Shown: positions 1-11,600, counted from the first letter of the stretch. The stretch is 64,000 bases of DNA from Escherichia coli (GCF_051903065.1 NZ_CP178438.1), one strand, 5' to 3'. Notes: a model not told the origin generated them from the sequence alone. Numbers and translations are program-made.

Positions 1-638
1 AAAGAAAGCTTCCAACTTTTAGCCCAATGATGGATAGCATAACAATCTTTTGTTATATATCTATAAAGTAATTGTGATCGTTTGGCACTACCATAAGGGT
101 TATATGGATAAAAATATTTATCAGAGTATATTGTGATATCTTTAATAGTAGAAATATCTTGTGAATCTATTTTTTTTACACCATGTAAGTCCAAAATATT
201 TTTTAAAAGAAAAGGAATTGTTTGCATACCATTTGCTTTTATGACAGCTGCTTTTAGCTCTTGGAAAAGCCAAAATTTGGGTTCACAACCCAAAATACCA
301 CAACTAGGCGTATCAATATCTTCTTCGCCGATAAATGCAATATTTTTTCGCAATGCAGAAATATCCCGTACTAATTCCATATCAGTATCGAGATATATAC
401 CACCAAAACGATATAATACATCACATCGGATCAAATCTGCAGCAAATGCAAACTTTTTCCTTTGGATCATTTCTTCAACAAAATCATTCTGACCAAATTC
501 CTTTCTATAAGAATCCTCATTCCATAAATAGCAATCGTAATTTACAGCATGTTCTTTCCACGACTCCATACAATCTAAATATATTTTAGGGATTTCACTT
601 TTACCAAGCCAAATATAATGAATTATTGCTGGTATCAT
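1..638 (-). CDS. Glycosyltransferase (DXD sugar-transferase-like), 3-prime end truncated by window edge; O-antigen cluster
   Basis: Manual minus-strand translation from ATG at 636-638 (MIPAIIHYIWLGKSEIPKIY...GGIYLDTDMEL...) appears open to the window start; ATGA start/stop overlap with the upstream gene; low GC. Not in the ORF track, presumably because no stop lies in the window. Confidence 0.5.
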   Translation of the reverse strand, partial: MIPAIIHYIWLGKSEIPKIYLDCMESWKEHAVNYDCYLWNEDSYRKEFGQNDFVEEMIQRKKFAFAADLIRCDVLYRFGGIYLDTDMELVRDISALRKNIAFIGEEDIDTPSCGILGCEPKFWLFQELKAAVIKANGMQTIPFLLKNILDLHGVKKIDSQDISTIKDITIYSDKYFYPYNPYGSAKRSQLLYRYITKDCYAIHHWAKSWKLS

Positions 639-1501
639 AACGATTTTCCTTTAACTTTATTCTTGATTTTTACAAGAAAAAGACATGTAATAAATAAAAC
701 GAAAACAGTAAATTTTGTCTTTTTCTTTACAACTATTAGATTACTAATATTAAAAATGGGAATAAAATGAAAAACGGTTTGTTTAATGACATTAATACCA
801 AGACCTTTTAGATTCAAGTTATTGATAACAAAAGCCATCGTGCCATTGATGTTTTTCCGCAAAAGATCAGTATAATTAGAAGTTAAACCTCCTGGTAAAT
901 ATTCACTATAATAGATGATCTCATTGAAATATTTAAAGTAGCCATTTTCTAAAATTGAATTCCAAACCAATGCCTCAGTTATAAAATTTTCACCATCAAA
1001 AACAGGAAATTGATTTTTAAGTAAAGAATCACGTTTTATGATTAATGCTTTATCTCCCTTTGTACCTGCAAACTTTTCCAGAGAAATATTTTCAATTGTT
1101 TCCGCTTTACCTACAATCTCTTTTGTAGTTTTATACCCCCTCAGGAAAACCATCCCTTTACATTTATCATCAACAATTGCCTGGATTTTTTCATTGGCTA
1201 GAGCAATAGCGTTGGGCGTTAATATATCATCACTATCAACAATAAATATCCAGTTAAACGACGAAATTTCTATCCCTATATTTAAGGCTGTGTGTTTTCC
1301 ACCGTTCTTCTTATATCTATATATGATTTTAAATGGGGATGTCGACGCTATTTTGTCAATAACCTCTTTTAAATTATCAGTAGAACCATCATCAATTATC
1401 ACCCATTCAAAATCATAAGATTGTTGTGACATTAAGGATTCATATAATTCATAGACTAACAAAGCTCGATTGAATACAGGAGTAATTACTGAAATTGACA
1501 T
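635..1501 (-). CDS. Family 2 glycosyltransferase (O-antigen cluster)
   Basis: 288-aa ORF; N-terminal ITPVFNRA...VIIDDGSTD and later DSDD motif typical of GT-A/GT2 enzymes; low GC; overlaps neighbours as in an operon. Confidence 0.75.
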   Translation of the reverse strand: MSISVITPVFNRALLVYELYESLMSQQSYDFEWVIIDDGSTDNLKEVIDKIASTSPFKIIYRYKKNGGKHTALNIGIEISSFNWIFIVDSDDILTPNAIALANEKIQAIVDDKCKGMVFLRGYKTTKEIVGKAETIENISLEKFAGTKGDKALIIKRDSLLKNQFPVFDGENFITEALVWNSILENGYFKYFNEIIYYSEYLPGGLTSNYTDLLRKNINGTMAFVINNLNLKGLGINVIKQTVFHFIPIFNISNLIVVKKKTKFTVFVLFITCLFLVKIKNKVKGKSL

Positions 1502-2793
1502 CTAACCCTTCCAAAATCATTAATCAAACGCCATGGGAAAATAATATACTTCAAACTCTGTAATTGCATTTTAAACATATTTTTAGTTTTTGGTATAAAT
1601 ATAAAAATCAAAAAGTTAGCAATAAAATAAGAAAGCAATGATACAGAAGCAGCGCCAACCGCTCCATATTTTGGTATAACAATGATATTCAAAGTTATAT
1701 TCAAAATTGCAGCAATAATGGTTTTTATCACTTCTAAATTAATATAATTCTTACTAAATAACCATTTAGATGAAAATGATCCTAAAAAAACAAAAACACC
1801 ACTCCACATATGAACCATTAATACTTGCGCCGATAAATCCATATTATCGCCATATAGTATTTTTATAATTATAGGTGACAGAGCAATCATAATAATTGCA
1901 CCATATATAGAGATTACACTTACAACTCCGCATATCCATTTCAAAAAGATAAATGATTCTTCCTCTCCTATTTTTTCAAGCTGAACAATTTTTGGAAAAA
2001 AAGCGTTCGCTATCAAACCTCCACACATAAACCAGATGGCTGATAACCTAAGAGCTGCACTAAATGCCCCAGCCTCTTTTGTACCTGTAAGAGACTCTAA
2101 TAAGATAACATCACACTGTGTAAATAGTGATACACTAATAGTTGATACAATGAGTTTACTCCCCATAAAAAAATACATTTTGACTAATTCTAAATCAATC
2201 GTCCATTTTGCTGAATAAGGGAAATAGAATTTGTATATAGTAAAACTAAAAAGAGCTTGAATTAAATAAAAGAAAACATAAGCATAAAAGACATACCAAC
2301 CAAAATATATACAACACCAAAGATAACCATATGAAACGGCCACACTACTTAGAATTGTGATAGCACGATATTTTGATTCAACCAATGCCGAATAATGAAA
2401 AAATATTACTTTAGCATACAAGCTAAAAAAATTAGCAACGATTAATATCGCCACGAATATAAAAGCGAACGGTATATCATAGTAAAAATAAATAACAATG
2501 GTAATAAAAGCAGATGCATATAATAACAGTCCTAAAAACTGTAAGAATAATGCACATCCAATCTCAGTGCCCGTTGATGATGGATTTTCAACAATTCTTT
2601 TAACTACGACTATATCAATGCCAAATAAAAATAACGATAGTAATATTTGTGAGATATTCATTATCGTTGCCCAACTACCCAAGATATCTAACCCATAGAT
2701 TCTTTTGATAGAAGCAAAAAGTGACAGCTGAAATACCAGCATGAACACTCGGTCACTCAACAACCAAAATAGGTTACTTAAGTATTTTTTCAC
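1486..2793 (-). CDS. wzx: O-antigen flippase Wzx (polysaccharide transporter family)
   Basis: 435-aa highly hydrophobic multi-span protein in an O-antigen operon; size and composition typical of Wzx. Confidence 0.7.
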   Translation of the reverse strand: MKKYLSNLFWLLSDRVFMLVFQLSLFASIKRIYGLDILGSWATIMNISQILLSLFLFGIDIVVVKRIVENPSSTGTEIGCALFLQFLGLLLYASAFITIVIYFYYDIPFAFIFVAILIVANFFSLYAKVIFFHYSALVESKYRAITILSSVAVSYGYLWCCIYFGWYVFYAYVFFYLIQALFSFTIYKFYFPYSAKWTIDLELVKMYFFMGSKLIVSTISVSLFTQCDVILLESLTGTKEAGAFSAALRLSAIWFMCGGLIANAFFPKIVQLEKIGEEESFIFLKWICGVVSVISIYGAIIMIALSPIIIKILYGDNMDLSAQVLMVHMWSGVFVFLGSFSSKWLFSKNYINLEVIKTIIAAILNITLNIIVIPKYGAVGAASVSLLSYFIANFLIFIFIPKTKNMFKMQLQSLKYIIFPWRLINDFGRVRCQFQ

Positions 2794-2796
2794 GTG

Positions 2797-4023
2797 CTAG
2801 TTACCTTCATTGATATAGTTAACACCTTTATCAATTGCCTCCAATATATAATCAATCATACCATACACACCCTCAGTAAATGGATGATTATTTAGGAAAG
2901 TAAACATGTTATTCCCTAAAGACACATTATACATTAAATACAAAAAAGGCACTAAATTTACTACATATAAACAAATAAGTAGGGCATATTTACTCCTACC
3001 TTTTCTCTCAAAAGCTTTTAGATAAGGTAAAATAAAGTAGGGATAAAAACCAAAAATAATCATACCCAATCTATTCGAAAGTGCTGGGAAAGGTAATAAT
3101 ATTAAGAATAGAAAACACTCCTTACAAAATAAAATCTTATTAAAATCATCACATTTACTTCTCTTCCCTATCATTATAATAAAGCATATATTTACGACTG
3201 TAATGATAATATAATTTAACGGCAAACGTGTGAATTTATCGTTCCCAGAAACTGAAGTGAATTTCGATAATAGCACAGAATAAATTGGCGTATTATAAAC
3301 CACAAAAAACACAACTAAAAGTCCAATAAGAATAGAAAAAACAATTTTTGCATATGAGTATTTTTTTGAACCAAAGATCATATAAACTGCATATATAAAA
3401 ACATTAACAACTGCAGACATGTGAAAAAAAACACTCAATAAAAAAAAGATATATTTTTTAAATGAACGCTCATTTATAGCATACAGAAAAACAACCACAG
3501 ATAAAACCTGTCGAAGAAAATATGATGTAACTTCTATAAATCCTAAGTTAAAAAAGAAAAGCGATAATAAAAAAAGTTTATATTTTTTTTCAACATCTTT
3601 AAGAATCTTGGATAAAAAAAAGACGATCAGAAAATAAGTAGAAAGTAAAAATACTTCATCATTGCCATCTGAAATATACCCAATAAATTTCATGATGGCT
3701 AAAAACATAAATTCCAGCCCATCACCAAATCTTGAATAGCCAAAAACATCAATTAAATTATAATTTAACTCATGGTAAACATGAAGATACTCTGCAATAT
3801 CTCCAAATGGTTTTAGTGTGGAAAAAAAAATAATAATAAACACCAATAGTGCATAAAAATAAAAATTACGCAATACTGGGTGTAACAATGGCGAGAGGGC
3901 ACCAATAAATATCAATACAACAAGAGGGTAAAAGAATGTTGCCAATAATAACAAAGGAATAAAATATACAACACAGTTATTATTTGACAATGAATTTTCA
4001 TTGCTGTTTTTATAAATATTCAT
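2797..4023 (-). CDS. wzy: O-antigen polymerase Wzy (polytopic membrane protein)
   Basis: 408-aa very hydrophobic, very AT-rich ORF between wzx and a glycosyltransferase; assignment by context and composition only. Confidence 0.55.
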   Translation of the reverse strand: MNIYKNSNENSLSNNNCVVYFIPLLLLATFFYPLVVLIFIGALSPLLHPVLRNFYFYALLVFIIIFFSTLKPFGDIAEYLHVYHELNYNLIDVFGYSRFGDGLEFMFLAIMKFIGYISDGNDEVFLLSTYFLIVFFLSKILKDVEKKYKLFLLSLFFFNLGFIEVTSYFLRQVLSVVVFLYAINERSFKKYIFFLLSVFFHMSAVVNVFIYAVYMIFGSKKYSYAKIVFSILIGLLVVFFVVYNTPIYSVLLSKFTSVSGNDKFTRLPLNYIIITVVNICFIIMIGKRSKCDDFNKILFCKECFLFLILLPFPALSNRLGMIIFGFYPYFILPYLKAFERKGRSKYALLICLYVVNLVPFLYLMYNVSLGNNMFTFLNNHPFTEGVYGMIDYILEAIDKGVNYINEGN

Positions 4024-4825
4024 ATCGGGAATATCCTTTTAGCAGAATAAATAATGCAGCTATTTTTTTAATTCTGCCGCATTTTTTTTTAAAAAGAAAT
4101 TTTTTCACCCAGAATATGAAGATATATAGTAACCCTAAATATCTACCACCACAGCGTACAAAAATAGCACTTCTATCAGATAGGGCATCTGTTTCATTAT
4201 AAATTTTTTTACCAGAACTTTCTATTGGATGCACAGTAATTGTGACAGGTATAAAAATAATATTATTTTTTGTTTTCATAAGATCCGTAACAAAAATCGG
4301 TTCTTCACCCGCTTTATATCTAGCCCCCAATCCGAAACACTCATCAAACCAAACATTACATTCCTGTATTTGATTCACATTAAGGCACATTTCTATTGAA
4401 GAAATGTTAAATGCTGACAATCTATTTAGCCTTTTCCTCATTAGCGGATATTTTTTCCTTAGTCTTCCGTCTTGCGTACAACTTTGAATTTGATAATGAT
4501 ACTTGCCTCTATCTTCGATTATTCTATCTTTTAGTTCATAAAGTCCATTAACAAGGTAAGCGACATCATCATCACTTATAATCATATAATCAACGCTTTT
4601 TTGAAATGCAGTAGCCAATAAAATGTTTCTGCTTTTACTTAACCCTTTACAGTATGTCGTTATTATTATTACATTGTTTTTCTTACAAATATCCCCATAT
4701 TGTTTTTGCTTATCAGTCACTTGATGTGAAATTATTATTAAAAATTCATCTGGTATATTTTTTATTTTTTCCCAAACCTGATTTATTCCATTATTTAATG
4801 TTGATATACCTATAGCTATTTTCAT
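4010..4825 (-). CDS. Glycosyltransferase, first gene of the O-antigen operon
   Basis: 271-aa ORF with DDD-containing GT-A-like N-terminal half; immediately downstream (in transcription sense) of the JUMPstart/ops element. Confidence 0.6.
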   Translation of the reverse strand: MKIAIGISTLNNGINQVWEKIKNIPDEFLIIISHQVTDKQKQYGDICKKNNVIIITTYCKGLSKSRNILLATAFQKSVDYMIISDDDVAYLVNGLYELKDRIIEDRGKYHYQIQSCTQDGRLRKKYPLMRKRLNRLSAFNISSIEMCLNVNQIQECNVWFDECFGLGARYKAGEEPIFVTDLMKTKNNIIFIPVTITVHPIESSGKKIYNETDALSDRSAIFVRCGGRYLGLLYIFIFWVKKFLFKKKCGRIKKIAALFILLKGYSRYEYL

Positions 4826-4858
4826 CTCGGTTATCTATTTTAGACCTATGAATATAAA

Positions 4859-4871
4859 TAACGCTACCGCC
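4859..4871 (-). promoter_or_regulatory. ops element (RfaH-dependent antitermination site) within JUMPstart upstream of the O-antigen operon
   Basis: Plus strand reads acgctaccgcc, the reverse complement of GGCGGTAGCGT, followed by cctggcttt-agctacc JUMPstart-like sequence; lies in the 5-prime leader of the minus-strand operon. Confidence 0.7.
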
Positions 4872-5156
4872 CCTGGCTTTACAGCTACCAGAGCACTGCA
4901 TGCATGTCTACGATGTGACGAGCGTTACCCACTCGCGCTTAACTCGAAAAATTCAAACGCTAATTGTCTTACCAATCCGCTCTGGAAACAAGGAAAATCC
5001 TGGAAAACTTTGACTAAAATCCTATTGCTAACTCGTTGTTATTCTGATTGTTTATATAAAACAACGGCAGGAATATTCGCAACAAATTACTTTCGCCACG
5101 AATCCTCACTGCCGTTATAATTTTCTTATCAACCGTTACATCCGGTCAGATTTTCA

Positions 5157-6050
5157 TTATTCGCTTAACAGCTTCTCAATCCCTTTACGGAACTTCGCCC
5201 CTTCTTTCAGGTTGCGCAGTCCATACTTCACAAACGCCTGCATATAGCCCATTTTTTTACCGCAGTCGTAGCTTTCACCAGTCATCAGCATTGCATCAAC
5301 GGACTGTTTTTTCGCCAGTTCAGCAATGGCATCAGTCAGCTGAATACGCCCCCATGCACCAGGTTGAGTGCGTTCAAGTTCCGGCCAAATATCGGCAGAA
5401 AGCACATAGCGACCAACGGCCATGATGTCTGAGTCCAGCGTTTGTGGCTGATCCGGTTTTTCGATGAATTCAACAATGCGGCTGACTTTGCCTTCACGGT
5501 CCAGCGGTTCTTTGGTCTGAATGACGGAGTATTCAGAGAGGTCACCCGGCATACGTTTTGCCAGCACCTGGCTACGGCCCGTTTCATTGAAGCGCGCAAT
5601 CATGGCAGCAAGGTTGTAGCGCAGCGGGTCGGCGCTGGCGTCGTCGATCACTACGTCTGGCAGTACCACGACAAATGGGTTGTCGCCAATGGCGGGTCGT
5701 GCACATAAAATGGAGTGGCCTAAACCTAAAGGTTCGCCCTGACGCACGTTCATAATGGTCACGCCAGGCGGACAGATAGACTGCACTTCCGCCAGCAGTT
5801 GACGCTTCACGCGCTGTTCAAGGAGAGATTCTAATTCATAAGAGGTGTCGAAGTGGTTTTCGACCGCGTTCTTGGACGCGTGAGTTACCAGGAGGATTTC
5901 TTTGATCCCTGCAGCCACAATCTCGTCAACAATGTACTGAATCATTGGCTTGTCGACGATCGGTAGCATCTCTTTGGGTATCGCCTTAGTGGCTGGCAAC
6001 ATATGCATCCCAAGACCCGCTACCGGTATAACTGCTTTTAAATTCGTCAT
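5157..6050 (-). CDS. galF: UTP-glucose-1-phosphate uridylyltransferase paralog GalF
   Basis: 297-aa ORF with the GalU/GalF N-terminal motif ([39 protein letters not shown]); position between the O-antigen and colanic-acid clusters. Confidence 0.92.
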   Translation of the reverse strand: MTNLKAVIPVAGLGMHMLPATKAIPKEMLPIVDKPMIQYIVDEIVAAGIKEILLVTHASKNAVENHFDTSYELESLLEQRVKRQLLAEVQSICPPGVTIMNVRQGEPLGLGHSILCARPAIGDNPFVVVLPDVVIDDASADPLRYNLAAMIARFNETGRSQVLAKRMPGDLSEYSVIQTKEPLDREGKVSRIVEFIEKPDQPQTLDSDIMAVGRYVLSADIWPELERTQPGAWGRIQLTDAIAELAKKQSVDAMLMTGESYDCGKKMGYMQAFVKYGLRNLKEGAKFRKGIEKLLSE

Positions 6051-6292
6051 TATTTTCCTACCTCTAAGTGGCTGATAGTGCGTAAATTATTGCCATAGAT
6101 TAGCCAAACGGTATGGCTATATACCAAAGCTTAGTTCCGCATAACTTTGATTAAACCTTGCGATAACACTACACACCATCAGCATCTGGGTTACTCGGAT
6201 TACTCGGAATTCCGCATACTGATAATTTAATCAGTACCTCTTTCCGAATAATCGTAGTCCAACCTGGTCCTTTTTTCTCTGACTCTTCTGCA

Positions 6293-7288
6293 TTACTCAG
6301 AAACAAACGTTATGTCGTCTTTTTTGGCATGGACGAATTCATACTGCAGAGTTCGATCCAGACCTTGCGACAGCGTATACGGTGCCACAAAACCTGAAGA
6401 ATGCACTTTCGTTGCGTCAAACTGTGTTGTTGCGCAGAATTTTTTCACGCGCACTGAGCTGACAGCGTATTTTTTGCCCGTAATTTTGCTCAGGATATCA
6501 AAGCAATATCCACCCAGCATTCCTAGTGGGTAAGGCAAGTGCATAGAAGGGATCTTTTTGTTCAGGCTTTGTTCAACTTCAGCAACCAACTGGTTCATGT
6601 TCAAGTCTGGCTTATCAACGTAGTTATAAACCTCATAACCTGCGGCAACATTCTTCAGTTTGTACTTGATAAACTCAACAATGTTTCCAACATACGCCAT
6701 GGACTTATAGTTAGTCCCTGCCCCCACCATCATAAACTTACCGCCAGCGATCTGTTTCAGCAAGTTATAGACGTTACCGCGGTTGCGTTCACCGAAGATA
6801 ACGGTAGGACGGATGATGGTTAATGAACGTTCTGTTGGTGCTTTGTTATACCATTCACGCAGCACTTCCTCTGCCTGCCACTTACTTTTGCCGTAGTGGT
6901 TGAAAGGATCGTGTGGATGGTTTTCGTCAGGGTTGTGTTTGTTCAAACCATAAACAGCAACGGAACTGGTAAAGATGATATTTTTAACGCCTTTTTTTTC
7001 CATGGCCGCCAACACATTGCGGGTACCCTGAACGTTGACATCATAATAGAGAGAAGTAGGGCTGACGTCATCGCGGTGTTCCGCTGCAAGTAGTACAACA
7101 GTGTCAAAACCGGCTAACGCCTGGTCGAGTGCCTGTTGATCACGAACATCGCCAATCTGTGTGATTTCTGGATAAAAGTGGCTCTGCTGTTTGTCCAGGT
7201 TCTTGATATTAAAGTCAGCAATTGCCGTTTCAAGTAGTCGGGTTCCTACGAATCCGGAAGCTCCTATGAGCAAAACGTTATCGTTCAT
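6293..7288 (-). CDS. gne: NAD-dependent UDP-N-acetylglucosamine 4-epimerase (Gne-type)
   Basis: 331-aa short-chain dehydrogenase/epimerase (MNDNVLLIGASGFVGTRLLE..., YGKSK active-site motif); position between galF and wcaM as in strains with GalNAc-containing O-antigens. Confidence 0.8.
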   Translation of the reverse strand: MNDNVLLIGASGFVGTRLLETAIADFNIKNLDKQQSHFYPEITQIGDVRDQQALDQALAGFDTVVLLAAEHRDDVSPTSLYYDVNVQGTRNVLAAMEKKGVKNIIFTSSVAVYGLNKHNPDENHPHDPFNHYGKSKWQAEEVLREWYNKAPTERSLTIIRPTVIFGERNRGNVYNLLKQIAGGKFMMVGAGTNYKSMAYVGNIVEFIKYKLKNVAAGYEVYNYVDKPDLNMNQLVAEVEQSLNKKIPSMHLPYPLGMLGGYCFDILSKITGKKYAVSSVRVKKFCATTQFDATKVHSSGFVAPYTLSQGLDRTLQYEFVHAKKDDITFVSE

Positions 7289-7445
7289 AAATCACTTTAG
7301 TCTGGTTGTTACGTAAGAAACACAAGATAAAGATGAGTACCTTCCCTGAGTAGTCAATGCTGCCCAGCCCCAGCTTTAACAGTTAGTGTGAGGATTATAA
7401 TCTTTTAGAACATTATATCCAGTAAGTTTATGAATGGTCGCAAAT

Positions 7446-8840
7446 CTACTCCCTCCGTTCCGGCAATCTAAAGTTAATCTTTTCCACATTAATAATATGG
7501 TGATTAACTCTGTCGATATCGACGGAGCTTTGCCCTTTTTCATTCACCGCATGAACATTTGCAAGAGATAGCAGTGTTTCTTTTTTCGCCATAAAGACGC
7601 CGCGAACGTCTTTGCGCATGTCAAAGTTCATGCTCAATGCGGGTCCAACAGAGGATTCCTGCATCACCTTGATATTACGCATAAAAAGATGTTGCGGTTT
7701 ATTGTGTAGCTCAAGCGACGCACGCTTCATCTCAATGTTAGTCAGTGCCACAAAGGAGACGGCATTCCCGGCGGAGATTTGGATGCCGCGCAATTTATAA
7801 GCAAGATGGGTGTTATCCAGTTGAATATTATTCACTCGGAAATTTTGCGGTATCGAGAGATATTTGCCTTTAATTACCCCATAGCCGATTAACATCCCGG
7901 CGCTATTAATCATTTCAATATTATCAATCACAAAATTGTCACAACCGTAAATAGCGACCGTCGCGTTATCAATACCTGCTTTCTTACTGAAATCCGGCGT
8001 GATATTGCGGGCTTTGATATTACGAATAACAAAATGTTTACCATTTTCAACATGGATCAACTGCCGACAATCCGATCCCGTGATATTCGCCACGACAAAG
8101 TTTTTCACTGCCTGATCTTCTGGGTAATTATTATCGTAAGTGCTTCCCGCAAGGCCTATGCCGATGCCCCAGTTGATTTTGCCGTTAGTACAGTTGATGC
8201 GCTCGATGACATGGTCGGAGATCAAAATATCACTGTCGTTAATTGCCACGTTCCATTCAATGGCGTCGCCCTGTAAGTCGCTGAACTTACAATTGGTGAT
8301 GTTGGCACCGATAATCTGGTTATGAAATCCCTGGCGTAAGATGGCGTAATTAGCGTGGCTAACGGTCAGGTTATCGATGGTCAGGTTGCGCATGACCCGT
8401 TTGTTTTTGCCGCCGATATAAATCTGCGTTACCGGACCAAAGCCGCTCATCGCCAGCCCTTTGATGGTGCAGTCAGAGCCACGCACATCCAGGGTGATGT
8501 TATGCATACTGCCGCCCTCCTCCCCTGTCACCTGGCTGCCGTCCTGTAAGACAAATCGCCCTCTGCCGTTGCCGCGCAGGCTTCCAAGGATGTGTAAAAT
8601 TTTACCGGGAGGGATAAAGATGCCGGTGTTGATATTGTCACAAACCAATCCGCCAGGCACGACGACCGTATGCCCTTCGCTGAAGGCTTGTTTAAATGAG
8701 GCGATCCAGTCGTGAGGGTTGTAGTCGTTAATGTTAACGCTTTGTCGGGCGGGAAGTGCGCGAGCAAAAGGGGTATGGAGGAAGGCAAGCGCGGAGCTTG
8801 CCGTCAGGAAGGTGCGTCGGGAGAGTTTTTTAAATGGCAT
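7446..8840 (-). CDS. wcaM: Colanic acid biosynthesis protein WcaM
   Basis: 464-aa ORF with signal-peptide-like N-terminus; last gene of the wca cluster; length matches K-12 WcaM. Confidence 0.9.
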   Translation of the reverse strand: MPFKKLSRRTFLTASSALAFLHTPFARALPARQSVNINDYNPHDWIASFKQAFSEGHTVVVPGGLVCDNINTGIFIPPGKILHILGSLRGNGRGRFVLQDGSQVTGEEGGSMHNITLDVRGSDCTIKGLAMSGFGPVTQIYIGGKNKRVMRNLTIDNLTVSHANYAILRQGFHNQIIGANITNCKFSDLQGDAIEWNVAINDSDILISDHVIERINCTNGKINWGIGIGLAGSTYDNNYPEDQAVKNFVVANITGSDCRQLIHVENGKHFVIRNIKARNITPDFSKKAGIDNATVAIYGCDNFVIDNIEMINSAGMLIGYGVIKGKYLSIPQNFRVNNIQLDNTHLAYKLRGIQISAGNAVSFVALTNIEMKRASLELHNKPQHLFMRNIKVMQESSVGPALSMNFDMRKDVRGVFMAKKETLLSLANVHAVNEKGQSSVDIDRVNHHIINVEKINFRLPERRE

Positions 8841-8850
8841 GCGTTCTCCT

Positions 8851-10071
8851 CTATAAAGCCTGCAGCAAGCTGGCGAGTTCTCGATTAATCACCTGCTGGT
8901 TAAAATCGTGTTCGACTTTTTCGCGCGCACGTTTGACAACCGGAGCCAGTTCGTCGGTGTCCAGTTGGCTAAACGCAGCCAGTCGTTGCGCCAGTGCGCG
9001 AGCATCGTTCTCAGGCACCAGCCAGCCGGATTTATCGGCCTCCACCAGTTCAGGAATTCCGCTATGCAGAGTTGAAACCACCGGAATACCGACCGCCATC
9101 GCTTCCATTAGCGCCACCGGAATACCTTCCATATCGCCATCCGCGCCCGTTACCGATGGCAACAGGAAGACATCCGCGTCGTCGAGCATCGCTTTCACTT
9201 CGTGGCTCGGTTTAAAGCCCGGCATCTCCACCACATCTTCCAGTTGATATTGTTCGATGAGGGTGCGCAGGCGTCGTTCCCACGGGCCAATGCCGAGGAT
9301 GCGATAGCGAAATGCCACGCCCTGCTCTTTCAACTGACGGCAGGCTTCGATCGCCACATGCAGGCCTTTTTTCTCGGTTAAGCGTGCGACGGAAATGATT
9401 TCCAGCGGCGTTGCAGGCGCTTTCACCGGACGCGGGCTAAAGCGCGTCATGTCCACGCCCATGCGCGATACGGCGATTTTTTCCCTCGGGCAGCCCATTT
9501 TTTGCAGCCTTCCGGCCCACAAATCGCTTATCGGTAACATCAGGTCGCCACGGCGGAACAGTTGTTGATATTCGGGAGTGTAGTGGTTGAGCACTTCCCG
9601 ACTGGAGATATCAATACCGTGGAAGATGGTGGCAATTTTGCCGCGAATGACACCCAGTTCGCGTAGTTTTGCTGCGGTTACCCCCGCAGGGCCAAAATGA
9701 GCGATAAAGACATCAGCATGAAATGGTGTTGCGACCTGACCGCAAATGGCAGACAAAATCAGGTTCCGCGACTCGGCACCATAGCGTTTGAGGTTGAACG
9801 CCTGCCAGGTATTTTTACGATGAATGCCACGTAACGTCTGGCTGGCGCGGTGGCGCAGTTTCGCCACTTTGCCCGTAGGTTCGTCCTGTAACCAGCGGGT
9901 TCTGGCGGCAAGGTTGTATTTCGTCCATGCCGCGTGGGTGTTCTGGGTGTCGCCTTTTTGCAGCGCGACAATCTCCACCTCAAAGCCCATATCAATAAAC
10001 GCGGTAATTTGATTGAGGACGAAGGTTTCCGACGACAACGGAAATTTCAGTAAAAAGAAGCCGACCTTCAT
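8851..10071 (-). CDS. wcaL: Colanic acid glycosyltransferase WcaL (GT4)
   Basis: 406-aa GT-B-type glycosyltransferase; position and length as in K-12. Confidence 0.9.
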   Translation of the reverse strand: MKVGFFLLKFPLSSETFVLNQITAFIDMGFEVEIVALQKGDTQNTHAAWTKYNLAARTRWLQDEPTGKVAKLRHRASQTLRGIHRKNTWQAFNLKRYGAESRNLILSAICGQVATPFHADVFIAHFGPAGVTAAKLRELGVIRGKIATIFHGIDISSREVLNHYTPEYQQLFRRGDLMLPISDLWAGRLQKMGCPREKIAVSRMGVDMTRFSPRPVKAPATPLEIISVARLTEKKGLHVAIEACRQLKEQGVAFRYRILGIGPWERRLRTLIEQYQLEDVVEMPGFKPSHEVKAMLDDADVFLLPSVTGADGDMEGIPVALMEAMAVGIPVVSTLHSGIPELVEADKSGWLVPENDARALAQRLAAFSQLDTDELAPVVKRAREKVEHDFNQQVINRELASLLQAL

Positions 10072-11348
10072 TTCACCTCCCCGATGCGTTCAAGCACAGA
10101 TTGCACCATCTGCATTCCTGTATAACGCTCACGACTGACAGCTTCATTAAGTCGTGCGTTCAGCGCCGGAAGTTGACCTAAGGTATCCGCAACCATCGCT
10201 TGCAGGCTACCGTCCAGTAAATGACGGATATCAATTGCCATCTCTGGCAGCCCCAGCTGCTGCATGATCCCGGCGGATTTATGTTCATAGTTGATGGCAA
10301 TCGCCGGAGTAGCAAAGTTCATTGAGATAATGGCTGAGTGCAGGCGCGTACCGACGGTGAGTTCACAGGCACCGAGAATTTTGCCCATTTCCAGATCGTT
10401 GAGTTCATCCATCACTACGTGGTAACGGGCAGGATCGCTGATGTGCTGGCGAAGATTGAGCGCCACCATGCGGTCGTCTTTGTTATAGCTGTCGATGCCC
10501 GTACAGGTGGAGAGCGCAATCACCTGATAGCCTTCGTCGAGAATGCGATTGACCACCCCGGCAAAGGCTTTTTCATACGCTTGTTGAGTGGTGCCGAGAC
10601 GTTTGTCGAACGGTGCCAGTTCGCGCAGGGTAATGGCCACCGTTTTCTGTTGTGCGGCAACGTCCAGCCAGTGTTGAACGGCATAGCTGGCAGTGAAGTC
10701 TTCGGTGTGGTGATCGACCAGCCACGCGGTATCGACGCCATGTTCCACTTTTGCGGTAGTGATATTGCTGCGTTTCATCAGATCAAGACTGACCGATTCG
10801 CGCAGGATCAGCGCGTCACAGTGACCAAAAACGTAGTTCGCCAGTTGGTTAAATTGCTCATCCTGGAAGGGACCGACGCTGTGACCAATCATAAACAGCG
10901 GCTTTTTCGCCATAAACGTGCAAAGCGCATGTTCAAACTGCGGCACGCCGTAGAGATCGACAAAAAACGATCCGCCGACCTGAATAATGGCGTCGTAACC
11001 TGACAGCAGGCGCACGAAGTCGGTGAATCCCTGGGCGATGGCGATATTACGCAGCTTGCCAGTGTCGGTGACGCGTGAGAGCAGTACCTGATGCTGGTAG
11101 CGGCGACGGAGGACTTTTTTAACGCGCCCGACAACGCCCGCCGCGCTGTTGTGTTGTTTCATTTGCAGGAACAGCGGATCGCCCATTACCGGGCGGTTGA
11201 GCAGCCAGGAAGAACTGACCGGATAGCGGCTCATCACGTCCACTTCGGCATGTGGATTGAGGATGTTGATGGCATCAAGTAAGCCGCGCAAGATGGCGCT
11301 GTCGCCACGATTGCCGCAAGTGTGGTTGCCCAGAATAAGTAATTTCAT
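10068..11348 (-). CDS. wcaK: Colanic acid pyruvyl transferase WcaK
   Basis: 426-aa ORF; 4-bp overlap with wcaL; length and position as in K-12. Confidence 0.9.
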   Translation of the reverse strand: MKLLILGNHTCGNRGDSAILRGLLDAINILNPHAEVDVMSRYPVSSSWLLNRPVMGDPLFLQMKQHNSAAGVVGRVKKVLRRRYQHQVLLSRVTDTGKLRNIAIAQGFTDFVRLLSGYDAIIQVGGSFFVDLYGVPQFEHALCTFMAKKPLFMIGHSVGPFQDEQFNQLANYVFGHCDALILRESVSLDLMKRSNITTAKVEHGVDTAWLVDHHTEDFTASYAVQHWLDVAAQQKTVAITLRELAPFDKRLGTTQQAYEKAFAGVVNRILDEGYQVIALSTCTGIDSYNKDDRMVALNLRQHISDPARYHVVMDELNDLEMGKILGACELTVGTRLHSAIISMNFATPAIAINYEHKSAGIMQQLGLPEMAIDIRHLLDGSLQAMVADTLGQLPALNARLNEAVSRERYTGMQMVQSVLERIGEVK

Positions 11349-11409
11349 TTTTTCCTCATAAATTTGATGCCAGGTGAGGCTGTGTTTGTTGTGTTCGTTG
11401 CCGTTTTTT

Positions 11410-11600
11410 GCCTGATGCGACGCTGGCGCGTCTTATCAGGCCTACAAGACCCGAGCACAGAACCGTAGGCCGGATAAGGCGTTCACGCCGCATCCGGCAT
11501 TCAGTGCCTGATGCGACGCTGACGCGTCTTATCAGGCCTACAGGTCCCGAGCACAGAACCGTAGGATGGATAAGGCGTTTTACGCTGCACCCGGCAACCG
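11410..11600. repeat. REP/BIME cluster (at least two REP units)
   Basis: Two copies of gcctgatgcgacgct..cgcgtcttatcaggcctac plus ggataaggcgtt-acgccgcatccgg units between wcaK and wzxC. Confidence 0.85.

Noticed and set aside
133-589. Plus-strand ORFs 133-492 and 335-589
   Set aside because: They lie antisense to a better-supported minus-strand glycosyltransferase frame and have no recognisable motifs; treated as shadow ORFs.
10338-11003. Long antisense ORFs inside wca and mdt genes (for example 10338-11003, 17900-18739, 20258-21055, 12951-13589, 39872-40489)
   Set aside because: Repetitive low-complexity translations rich in Arg/His/Gln, fully overlapping well-supported genes on the opposite strand; typical shadow ORFs of GC-rich coding DNA.
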